Assembly: GCA_963823505.1 (NCBI GenBank)
Contig: CAWGLY010000004.1
Coordinates: 68,807 to 132,806, forward strand
Source: an uncultured Acidimicrobiia bacterium
GTDB taxonomy: Bacteria; Actinomycetota; Acidimicrobiia; Spongiisociales; UBA5794
Direction: 5' to 3'
DNA: 64,000 bases
Shown one piece after another: positions 37,722-46,325 of the stretch (the stretch's first letter is position 1; each line of letters starts with the position of its first letter). Both the position numbers and the translations under genes were made by a program. The notes below the pieces were generated by a model. It was not told where the DNA came from. It saw only the letters and a program-made list of their open reading frames with translations, and did not search any database.

Positions 37722-38120
37722 CTACGCCCGCAGCTCCACGAAGCCGGCTGCGCCGAAATCCCCGTCGAAGGCGAGCGCCGACGTGATGCGCTCACGACGC
37801 ATCGTTGCGAAGCTCGTTGCGTCGACGAACGAGTATTCCCGCTCATCGTGCCGTCGGAGCCATGTAGCCGCATCGCTCTCGTCTTCGGCGCTCGAGTGGA
37901 TTGCATGAATGCGTGGCGAGGCGTCGACGGCGTCGAGTAGGGCCACGGCAGCACCGTGGCCGGCCCGCCGTCTGAGGTAGGTCCAGGATTCGCCGACGAC
38001 ATGGTTCGTCGTGAGCCACCCGGCTGCGGCGTGCCGATTGGCGAGTTCGACGGCCTCGGCGTGGTGGGGATCCTTGGCGAGCAGCAAGCCCACGAAGAAC
38101 GAGGTGTCGACGAAGATCAT
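37722..38120 (-). CDS. vapC: PIN-domain toxin VapC (second pair)
   Basis: MIFVDTSFFVGLL is the PIN N-terminus and conserved acidic residues are present. Overlaps the upstream antitoxin. Confidence 0.75.
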   Translation of the reverse strand: MIFVDTSFFVGLLLAKDPHHAEAVELANRHAAAGWLTTNHVVGESWTYLRRRAGHGAAVALLDAVDASPRIHAIHSSAEDESDAATWLRRHDEREYSFVDATSFATMRRERITSALAFDGDFGAAGFVELRA

Positions 38121-38332
38121 CGGCCGTATACGACCTCGTCGATGCTCGCCGGCTCGGCATCCACCGACCCGATCAAGCGAAAGAGGGGATCGCTGCTCAA
38201 TGGCGGCAGCGGCTCCAGCGCAGTACGCAGGATCCGACGGATGACCGCCGCCTTGGATATGCCCTCGTCACGGGCGACCCGTCCGACGGACTCGTCGAGG
38301 TCCTCGTCGATCATGATCTGGAGTCGTTTCAT
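38117..38332 (-). CDS. vapB: CopG/RHH-family antitoxin VapB (second pair)
   Basis: A 71-aa protein (MKRLQIMIDEDLDESVGRVARDEGISKAAVIRRILR) with a 4-nt overlap with vapC. Confidence 0.7.
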   Translation of the reverse strand: MKRLQIMIDEDLDESVGRVARDEGISKAAVIRRILRTALEPLPPLSSDPLFRLIGSVDAEPASIDEVVYGR

Positions 38333-38484
38333 GGGTAGAAGCTTACATCACTCTCCTTACGCTGACGTAGGATTCCTCCGCTACCGGCGGCCCGATGAGG
38401 CAGGTGAGTTCAGCATGCAGTGGGAGAGTGACAGAAACCTGCTGATGTCTCGCCGGAACCCTTCGTCCACCGCTCGCTGGGGTG

Positions 38485-40153
38485 TCACCCCGCGACGGCC
38501 ACGGCTGCCGGCTCGTCCTGCGCCGGTGCGGTGGTCTGCGCTTCGTGGCCGCCTGCGACGCCGGCCATGGACACGCCGACCAGCTCCCCAGCCAGCACCA
38601 GGAGCAAACCCACGACGACGAAGGTCTCGGGCAGCTCCGAGCCGGGGTTGCCCGGCCGGGGTTGGGCCAGCGACAAGAAGATGTCGACCGCCGGCACCAC
38701 CATCACGGCGGTCACTGCGGACACGACTACCAGCCGCACCCATCGCGCCACCTCACCCGCCGCCGGCCACGCCACGAGCGCGATGCCGGCCACGATCGCC
38801 GGCCAGGTGAAGAGGTAGGCCGCCCCCGGCATCCCCACCGCCGCCACTACAGCGAACGCAGCCCACACCAGCACGACACCTCCGGGTGCGGGCCTACTTC
38901 GGCGGCGTGCCAGCCAGAGCCGCATCGCCAGGCCCGCAGCTCCTATCCCCGCCAGGTACAGGTATGCCTCGCCTGCGCCCATTTCGGGTCGGGCTGCTGC
39001 GATGCCCATCCACACCAGCCCCGCTACGAGTGCGGCCCCCACCGCACCGAGCGTCAACCATGTCGCGCTGGCCAGTACGGCCCGGAGCCGGAGGCCTCGG
39101 CGCCGCACGTCGACGGCCACCGTAGCCGCCGCCATCGCAGCGGCCACCAAAGCCAGCGGCAGCGTCCACATGCTCCGGTAGCGCACCAGCACCCCAGGCC
39201 ACACGGTGAAGAACGTGGCGTCGGCGGTCGACGGTGTCTCGGTCAGGTCCATGTTCCCCAGCTCGTGCGCCATGCCCACTGCATAGTCACCGTGATGCTG
39301 CACGCTGGCGAGCGACACACTGTCGAGCGCGTCCCGCGGCGTGTGGTAGATCGAGGAGCCCCGCAGGTAGGCGACGTTGAGGCCTCGCACACCGGCTGCG
39401 TTGAACGGGTCGAGGTCGGTGCCGATCTCGCCCATCAGCTCGACGGTGGCGGTGAGGAACGAGAAGGCAACCGGCCGCGAGGTCGCGGAGGCCAGCCGGT
39501 CGATCGTCCACGCTTGCGCTACGCCGGTTTCCGCCGCGATCGATGGGCCCGAACCTCCCAGCGCCTCGAAGTTCATCACGAATGCGACGTCGTCCATCCA
39601 CGGGTGTTGCGTGACGAACGCAGTCGAGCCGTACCGCGGCGCCGGCTCTTCCGCATCGGTGAACAGCACCACCACGTCGTTGCCCAACGGCTCACCCGCA
39701 ACCAGCGCCCGGGCGGTCTCCAGCAGCACCGCCACGCCTGATGAGTTGTCGTTCGCCCCGGGCGTCGGTGGATCGGTGTCGTAGTGCGCCATCAACACCA
39801 CCGCCCCCGTCGTCGACGTTCCGCGGATGCGAGCCATCACGTTGACCACCTCGACGGTCGTGGCAGACGGCGAGAAGTAGTCCGGAGCCTCGACCGCCTG
39901 CAATTCGGGATCGAGGCCGAGCGACTCGAGCTGTGCCACCAGGTAGCCGCGCACTGCTTGGTTCTCCTCAGATCCCATTGGATGTGGGTCTGCGGGCGAC
40001 GGCGGCCACATGGGTCATGGCCCGGTCGGCGGAGAACTCGTCGGGTGCAGGGTCGGCCGGTATCGACGGCGTGGCGAGGGTCCGTGCGCCGAGCAGCAGC
40101 GCCGCTCCCACGGCTGCGGCGCACCACGCATATCGCCCAGCACGGCTGATCAC
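38485..40153 (-). pseudogene. M28-family zinc aminopeptidase with C-terminal multi-TM region; N-terminal signal peptide lies in a different frame (frameshift near 39980-40010)
   Basis: M28 motifs AHYDTD, NDNSSG and FTDAEE lie in frame 38485..40011. The signal peptide plus peptidase start (AAAVGAALLLGARTLA...AMTHVAAVARRP) lies in ORF 39968..40153. Confidence 0.6.
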
Positions 40154-40257
40154 CCCGCAACCGTCCCACGCCTGGCGGCGGCGCGGCTAGGGCCCAACGA
40201 TGCCTACCCGAGTGAGGACCCGGCGCCGGCGGCGTTGTGGCGGGCGTTGGGATGGTG

Positions 40258-40800
40258 TCAGCCGAGGAGATCCGCAGGGTCGAAGGTGACGCTTGCTGGT
40301 CCCATGTCGAGCGTGATCGCCTCGCCGGGTCCATGCCGTGCCCGCTCGACGAGCACGCCGTCGACAAGGCGGTACACGATCACCAGGGGCCCGTCGGGAT
40401 CGATGATCCAGTAGCGCTCGAGCTCAGCGGCGGCGTACTTGTGTGCCTTGCGAATGATGTCGGCGGCCGGGTCGGACGACAGGATCTCGACCGCCAGATG
40501 TGGGGTTGCCGTGAGGCGCCGGTCGTCGTAGTGCTCGTCGACGGCATACATCATCACGTCCGGGATGAACTCGTCGCGGCCCGGTTTCCATCCCCACGCC
40601 TCCCGCACTTGGACGCCGTCGGGGAGGACCCGCTCGATGAGGTTGGCCAGGCGGCGTGAGATGTCCTGATGCCGCCCCGTGGGTGAAGGGCTCATCACGA
40701 GTGCCCCGTCGACGTATTCGCCGCGGACGTCGGGGTCGAGCGCCTCGTAGTCGTCCCAGGACATCGGGATTCGGTCCCCGGGTTGCATCGTCGTGGCCAT
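40258..40800 (-). CDS. Uma2-family (DUF820) protein, paralog 3
   Basis: Same family motifs and leader as paralogs 1 and 2. The 332-aa ORF in the track is an upstream run-on. Confidence 0.7.
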   Translation of the reverse strand: MATTMQPGDRIPMSWDDYEALDPDVRGEYVDGALVMSPSPTGRHQDISRRLANLIERVLPDGVQVREAWGWKPGRDEFIPDVMMYAVDEHYDDRRLTATPHLAVEILSSDPAADIIRKAHKYAAAELERYWIIDPDGPLVIVYRLVDGVLVERARHGPGEAITLDMGPASVTFDPADLLG

Positions 40801-40999
40801 GTCATGCACCGTACACCTCCGGTGTCCTCCGGTGGTCAATGCGGCCATGGTGCCGGGTGGGTGTGACAGGAATCCGGTGGGGGATGGGCGTTTGGACGTA
40901 TCAGCACCACAGGAGCCGCCTCCCGTCGCACGGCAGAGTCCACCAGTTGGGTGAGACGCGTGCCATGCTTGGAGTACGAAGGCGAAAGGGAGGGATTCG

Positions 41000-41488
41000 A
41001 TGAAGGGGAATGTGCGATTCGTGGCGGTTGTGGCGCTGCTCGTGCTTGCAGCGGCGTGCGGGGGCGATGACTCAGCCGATGCAGGAGACGACGCAGGCGG
41101 CGGCAGCGATGCGCAGACCGCAACGACGTTCCCGTCGACCGTCGGCGACATTCCGGGCGTCAGCGGCGAATGCGAGGCGCTCGCCAACCTGTCGCTGGCC
41201 ATCTCCGGCGTTCTCACCGGGACCTTCGACGGCCTGCCTGATGACGTGGTGGGCAACCTGCCGGGCGATGCGCAGGCTGATGGCGAGATCGTCGCCGACG
41301 CAGTTCAGGAGTTCAGCGATCGCCTCGACGAACTCGGCATCGATCTGTCCCAGGGTCTGGGGAACCTCAGCGCAGAGCAGCTCCAGGCGTTCAGCGACAT
41401 CTCGGGCGAGGTGTTCAACGACGACGTCGACGCCGCAGTCAACCGGATCGGCATCACCATGGCCGACGACTGCGCCCCGGGCGGCTGA
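41000..41488 (+). CDS. acidic lipoprotein
   Basis: Signal plus lipobox ([12 protein letters not shown]). Asp/Gly-rich mature protein. Confidence 0.55.
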   Translation: MKGNVRFVAVVALLVLAAACGGDDSADAGDDAGGGSDAQTATTFPSTVGDIPGVSGECEALANLSLAISGVLTGTFDGLPDDVVGNLPGDAQADGEIVADAVQEFSDRLDELGIDLSQGLGNLSAEQLQAFSDISGEVFNDDVDAAVNRIGITMADDCAPGG

Positions 41489-41587
41489 GAGAAGGCGCTG
41501 CGGGAGGGCAGGCCCACCGGGGAGCGGGTGCGCCCGCAACGCAGCGCGGAGTCGCATAGGGTGCGATCACCGAAGCGAAGGGATGAG

Positions 41588-42001
41588 ATGGAGATCGACA
41601 CCGCCCTCGAGTTTGCCGCCGCCACGAAGAAGGGCGTACTGGCGACTCACAAGCGAGACGGCCGCCCGCAGCTGTCGAATGTCGTGTTCGCCGTCGCCGA
41701 CGGCGAGGTTCGGATCTCTGTCACGGACGGTCGGGCGAAGACCGCCAACCTGCGCCGCGACCCGCGGGCCTCGCTCCACGTCACCTCCGCGGACTTCTGG
41801 TCCTACGTCGTCATCGACGCCGACGTGGAGTTGACCGACGTGATGACGGACCCCGGCGACGAGGCAGCGGAGCTGCTCCGCAGCACGTACCGTGCCGTCT
41901 CGGGCGAGCACCCGGATTGGGACGAGTTCGACCAGGCCATGATCGACGACCGCCGCCTCGTCGTCCGGCTCCGGCCCAACCACGCCTACGGCATGGGGTG
42001 A
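41588..42001 (+). CDS. PPOX-class F420-dependent oxidoreductase (pyridoxamine-5'-phosphate-oxidase fold)
   Basis: GVLATHKRDGRPQLSNVVFAV and LRRDPRASLHV are typical of the Rv1155/F420 PPOX family. Start at MEIDTALEF. Confidence 0.65.
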   Translation: MEIDTALEFAAATKKGVLATHKRDGRPQLSNVVFAVADGEVRISVTDGRAKTANLRRDPRASLHVTSADFWSYVVIDADVELTDVMTDPGDEAAELLRSTYRAVSGEHPDWDEFDQAMIDDRRLVVRLRPNHAYGMG

Positions 42002-42101
42002 GCCGAAGAGGTTCGGGACTCCACGGGACTCGGAAAGGTCATGCGGCCGAGCGTACCGGCTGTGCCATCGACGGACGATGGAACCGGGAAAGGAGGCAAC
42101 C

Positions 42102-42602
42102 ATGAAGCGGTTGCTCACTGCACTCGCTGCCTTGCTGCTCCTCATCGTGACGGCGGCGCCCGCCTCGGCCGAGGTGGAGCGGATTCCAATCGAGGTCGAG
42201 ACCGAGGTCGTCGGCATCGTTGACTTCGGCAGCTACAGCGAGACCGGTCAGGTGATCCATGTCGTGGACATCGTGTGGCTGTTCAACGGCACTGGCCACG
42301 ATCTCTTCGAAGGCGAGCTCTACACGACGCTCAGCTTCACGGCCAACCGGGTGACTGGCAAGGGTGCCGGCCACGGAACCTTCGTCGCTCTGTCTTCGAA
42401 CTACCCCGATTCCGGATGGGAGGGAACGCTCCTGACGAAGTACGAGAACTTCGACTTCAACACAGGGTTCGGGGACCTGACGACCGATAGCGTATCCCAC
42501 GGCTTCGGTGCGTTCGAAGGGATGCAGATGCGCCTCGAGAGCGGTGCCGAAGGTGGACTGGTCGGCGAGATTCTGATTCCGCCGTCGGCTCCCGGCGTCT
42601 GA
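42102..42602 (+). CDS. secreted hypothetical protein
   Basis: Signal peptide MKRLLTALAALLLLIVTAAPASA. No recognised motif. Confidence 0.5.
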   Translation: MKRLLTALAALLLLIVTAAPASAEVERIPIEVETEVVGIVDFGSYSETGQVIHVVDIVWLFNGTGHDLFEGELYTTLSFTANRVTGKGAGHGTFVALSSNYPDSGWEGTLLTKYENFDFNTGFGDLTTDSVSHGFGAFEGMQMRLESGAEGGLVGEILIPPSAPGV

Positions 42603-42636
42603 GTCGCCGGTCACCCGGCGCCCGCGGTCGTGGTGC

Positions 42637-43183
42637 CTAGTCCAGCAATCGAGCCGGATCGAAAGTCACCTCGCAAGGCCCGACGTCGAGGGTCACCACC
42701 GCTCCCGGTCCGTGCCGCCCTTGCTCGACGAACACGCCGTCGATGAGATGGTGGACGATGACCTCGGGACCTTCCGGGTCGATGATCCAGTAGCGCTCGA
42801 GGCCCGTCGCCGCGTACTTGGCGGCCTTGCGGACGATGTCGGCGGCAGGGTCCGTGGACAGCACCTCGACGGCGAGGTTCGGTGTCGCTCCGAGGCGGCG
42901 GTCGTCGTAGTGCTCGTCGACTCCGAAGACCACGACGTCGGGGATGAACTCGTCGCTGCCGGGCTTCCATCCCCAACCTTGTCTCACCCGAACACCGTCC
43001 GGCAAAGCCTCGCTCTATCACGTTGGTCAGGCGATGCGAGATGTCCTGGTGACGGCCGCTCGGGGCGGGCGACATCACCAGCTCCCCGTCGATGTATTCG
43101 CCGCGCACGTCGGGCCCCAGCGCCTCGTACTCGTCCCACGACATCGGGATCCGGTCTCCCGGTCGCATCGTCGTCGTTGCCAT
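42637..43183 (-). pseudogene. Uma2-family (DUF820) paralog 4, disrupted by a single-nucleotide insertion
   Basis: The N-terminal half is in frame 42611..43240 and the C-terminal half in frame 42637..43005. The shift falls at NVIER|LPDGVRV within a T-run. Confidence 0.6.
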
Positions 43184-43236
43184 GTCATGCACCGTACACC
43201 TCCGATGTCCTCCAGGGTTGTGTGGTGACGGTCCGA

Positions 43237-43600
43237 TCATCTCAGCTGCGGGTGACAGATTCGGAGGCCACTGTCGCGTCTCGGCTGGACCAAGGTCATC
43301 GGCGGAGAAGGCGGACGAGCCGGCCGATGGCCCACGGCATGTATTGCGTAGTCCCGCCGCCGGTACAGCGCGGACACCGGTGCCAGCACGATGTGCTGCA
43401 TACCGGCATCCGCATAGTCACGGAGTTGGGTCGCGACCGCCTGGGGCGTGCCGAAGAGGAAGGAAGAGCGAACGATCTTTCTGGGCACGCAGGAGAACGG
43501 CGGCCTCCAGCGCCGCCCGGTCGATCGTCTCGGGCTCGGCGTCGATGTAGCCGCGGAACTCCGGATCGAGCAACGCATCCAGGCCGATCCGGAGCGTCAT
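43237..43600 (-). pseudogene. remnant of a luciferase-like (LLM) F420-dependent oxidoreductase, C-terminal fragment
   Basis: [25 protein letters not shown] and LDALLDPEFRGYIDAEPE are typical of the LLM C-terminus. No N-terminal domain is present. Confidence 0.4.
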
Positions 43601-43705
43601 GCACGCTCTCCGAATCGAGCTATTGCGACTGTGAGCTCGGCGAGCAAGGCGCCGTAGGGCCGAAGGGCATCAGCGGTTTGTGGTGGTCGTGCCCGTACAG
43701 GCGCG

Positions 43706-44251
43706 TCAGCCGACGAGCCGGTCTGGGACCAGGGTCACGATGGTCTCGCCGATGTCGATGGTGACGAGCTCGGCGCCCGTGTGCCGGCCGGCTTCGGTGT
43801 AGGCGGCGGTGCCGGGGACGAGGTTGTACTCGATGATCTCCGGGCCCTCGGGGTCGACCACCCAGTAGCGGGGAAGTCCGGCGGCGGCGTACTTGTGGAG
43901 CTTGCGCAGCAGGTCTCGGCCCCGGTCCGACGACAGGATCTCCACCACGAGGTGCGGGGTGCCGGTGAAGCGGTGCAGCACATCGGCACGGCTTCCGCTG
44001 TAGACGATGAGGTCGGGAATGAACTCGTCGTCTCCGGGCTTCCACGCAAACTCGTGGCTCACGAGCACGCCAGGCGGCACCGCCGCCTCGAGGATCGCCC
44101 GTAGGCGGTGCTCGATGTCTTGGTGCCGGTTGGTGGGCGACGGGCTCACGACGAAGGCGCCGTCGATGTATTCGCCCCTCGGATACACCGGGAGGGCTGC
44201 GTATTCGTCCCACGACATGGGCAACCGATCGCCGGCCTGCAATGTAGACAT
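43706..44251 (-). CDS. Uma2-family (DUF820) protein, paralog 5 (divergent, different leader)
   Basis: Family motifs [15 protein letters not shown] and [15 protein letters not shown] are present. The start was chosen by alignment with the paralogs ([17 protein letters not shown]); in-frame starts exist at 44281 and 44305. Confidence 0.6.
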   Translation of the reverse strand: MSTLQAGDRLPMSWDEYAALPVYPRGEYIDGAFVVSPSPTNRHQDIEHRLRAILEAAVPPGVLVSHEFAWKPGDDEFIPDLIVYSGSRADVLHRFTGTPHLVVEILSSDRGRDLLRKLHKYAAAGLPRYWVVDPEGPEIIEYNLVPGTAAYTEAGRHTGAELVTIDIGETIVTLVPDRLVG

Positions 44252-44303
44252 AGCGTCATTCACGATACCCCTCGCCGTCATGTCCTCCTCTCGGTTTCCT
44301 GCC

Positions 44304-45233
44304 ATGCAACGTATGCGGAGGGTGCGACAGGAACGGAGGCGGTCAGACGAGGGCATCGCAACGGGCGGCGGGTACCGGGCGATAGGGCGCACCCTGCCTA
44401 CGCTCACGATCGTGAACGACACCGAACCGAGCCTGAAGCTACGCATTCGCCACATCATCTTCGATCACGACACGCCGGCGGCGAAGACGTTCGACGTGGT
44501 GCTGATGGTGCTGATCGTCTTCAGTGTGCTGCTCGTGATGCTGGAGACGGTCGAGGAGATCGAGGCGCGCTACGGCACGCTGCTGCTGGTGCTGGAGTGG
44601 ATCGTGACGATCCTCTTCTCGATCGAGTACATCCTCCGGCTGGGACGGTCGAGAACCGGCGGCAGTACGCCACGAGCTTCTTCGGCGATCATCGATCTGC
44701 TGTCGATCCTGCCGGTGTATCTGAGTCTGATCCTGCCGGGTGCGCAGTCGCTGCTCGTGATCCGTTCGTTGCGCCTGCTGCGGGTGTTCCGAGTGTTCAA
44801 GATGGCGCCGTGGCTGAGCGAGGCGAACTACCTGACCCGGGCAATCCGGGCCAGCTCCCGCAAGATCGTGGTGTTTCTCATCGTCGTCGTCCTGATCAAC
44901 GTCATCGTGGGGTCAACGATGTACGTCATCGAAGGCCCGGAGCACGGCTACGACTCGATGTTCCGCGGCGTCTACTGGTCGATCGTGACGATGAGCACTG
45001 TCGGCTTCGGCGACATCGCGCCGTCGACACCGCTCGGCCAGGTCTTGGCGGCGATCCTGATGATCACCGGCTATGCCGTCATCGCCGTCCCCACCGGGAT
45101 CGTGGCGGCTGAAGTGGCGTCGACCGGCAACGAGCAGCGTGAGCTGTCATGCCCCGGCTGCGGTTCGGCGGCCCACGGTGCGACGGCGCGGTTCTGTGAT
45201 GCGTGCGGCACGGCGCTGCCGGGGCGGGGGTGA
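44304..45233 (+). CDS. voltage-gated K+ channel (6TM, S4 sensor, TVGFGD filter) with C-terminal zinc ribbon
   Basis: S4 segment [13 protein letters not shown]. Pore with TVGFGD. A C-terminal CPGCG...CDACG motif is present. The start is uncertain (M92, M100 or M103 of the ORF). Confidence 0.7.
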   Translation: MQRMRRVRQERRRSDEGIATGGGYRAIGRTLPTLTIVNDTEPSLKLRIRHIIFDHDTPAAKTFDVVLMVLIVFSVLLVMLETVEEIEARYGTLLLVLEWIVTILFSIEYILRLGRSRTGGSTPRASSAIIDLLSILPVYLSLILPGAQSLLVIRSLRLLRVFRVFKMAPWLSEANYLTRAIRASSRKIVVFLIVVVLINVIVGSTMYVIEGPEHGYDSMFRGVYWSIVTMSTVGFGDIAPSTPLGQVLAAILMITGYAVIAVPTGIVAAEVASTGNEQRELSCPGCGSAAHGATARFCDACGTALPGRG

Positions 45234-45293
45234 TGGCAGACGCGGAAGTCGCCCCGGCGCGAGGCCGGGGCGACTCTCGCATTGCTGTCTTGG

Positions 45294-46160
45294 CTACAGG
45301 TCCGACAGATCGAAGATCCCGAGCACGAAGTGATCGCCTGCCGCGGCGGGCACTCCGGGGAACGGAAAGATCGGGAGTCCGGGGTTGATGCCGTGGGTCA
45401 TGCCGTCGGTGTGGATGATCAGCAGCATGAACGCCGCCGGCACCGGGCTGCGGACCAGCTCGGGCACTCCGTCGGCGTCGAGCACCTGGAATCCGTTGCT
45501 GTCAAAGACCCGCAGGTAGGAGCTGCCTACGGCCTGAGTCTTACCCAAACAGCACGTCGGCTGCTCGCCGCCGCTTCCGGCCGGTGCGTCCGCTTGATGC
45601 GTGTTCGTCAGCGTGTTGCGCAGCGGACCCTGGTTGGCGGCGAGCGGGTTGTAGTCCAATTCGATCTTCAGCTCGCCGTTGCCGTTCGGTTGCACAACCA
45701 TCTGGTTGGGTTCGATGCCAAGCCCCTCGGTGAAGGCGGCCGTCGTCGCGGCGACCGGAGCCGAAACACCTGCAATGCCCGGCGATACGCCATCACCGAA
45801 GATCGGGTCGGGCGGAACCACGCCGGGGCCCGGGTAGTAGTACGAGATCCAGGCCGTGATGACCCAATCTGGGTCGAGGCCGTCAGCGGCGAACTTGGCG
45901 ACGGCGGTGCCATCGTCCTCGATCTCGAGCTTCAACTCACCCGACGTCCCGTCCAGTGTCGCCGGGTCGAGGCCTGCGGGAACGATGCACGGAGGCACCG
46001 TCGGTGCCCCGGGGGCCGGGAAGCAGGTCATGGGGATCTTGTGGTTGATCGTGTTGCCTGCATAGGCGCCCACTGCGGGGTCGACGATCACCAAGAGCCC
46101 GGCGAGTAGAGCCAGCGCAATCAAGAACCTGCCACCGCGCCTGGGATGAATCCGTACCAC
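45294..46160 (-). CDS. secreted/membrane-anchored hypothetical protein
   Basis: N-terminal hydrophobic anchor FLIALALLAGLLVIV. Pro/Gly-rich; no motif. Confidence 0.5.
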   Translation of the reverse strand: MVRIHPRRGGRFLIALALLAGLLVIVDPAVGAYAGNTINHKIPMTCFPAPGAPTVPPCIVPAGLDPATLDGTSGELKLEIEDDGTAVAKFAADGLDPDWVITAWISYYYPGPGVVPPDPIFGDGVSPGIAGVSAPVAATTAAFTEGLGIEPNQMVVQPNGNGELKIELDYNPLAANQGPLRNTLTNTHQADAPAGSGGEQPTCCLGKTQAVGSSYLRVFDSNGFQVLDADGVPELVRSPVPAAFMLLIIHTDGMTHGINPGLPIFPFPGVPAAAGDHFVLGIFDLSDL

Positions 46161-46325
46161 TGCATGCCCTCCTGGTGCGTCACCTCCGGCCGATCCGGAG
46201 GCGTGCGCCGACGGTGACAGAGGGGTGTAACCGGGCGGTCACCGGGGGGTCGCCAAGACGACTCCGCGATAGTCAGTGGCCGCCTCAGCATCGAGCTGGG
46301 GCGGCCACTCTGCCGAAGTGTTGCG

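Noticed and set aside
36104-38002. 632-aa ORF antisense to the beta-propeller gene and overlapping VapC-2
   Set aside because: No motifs, Arg/Gly-rich, and overlaps two supported genes on both strands.
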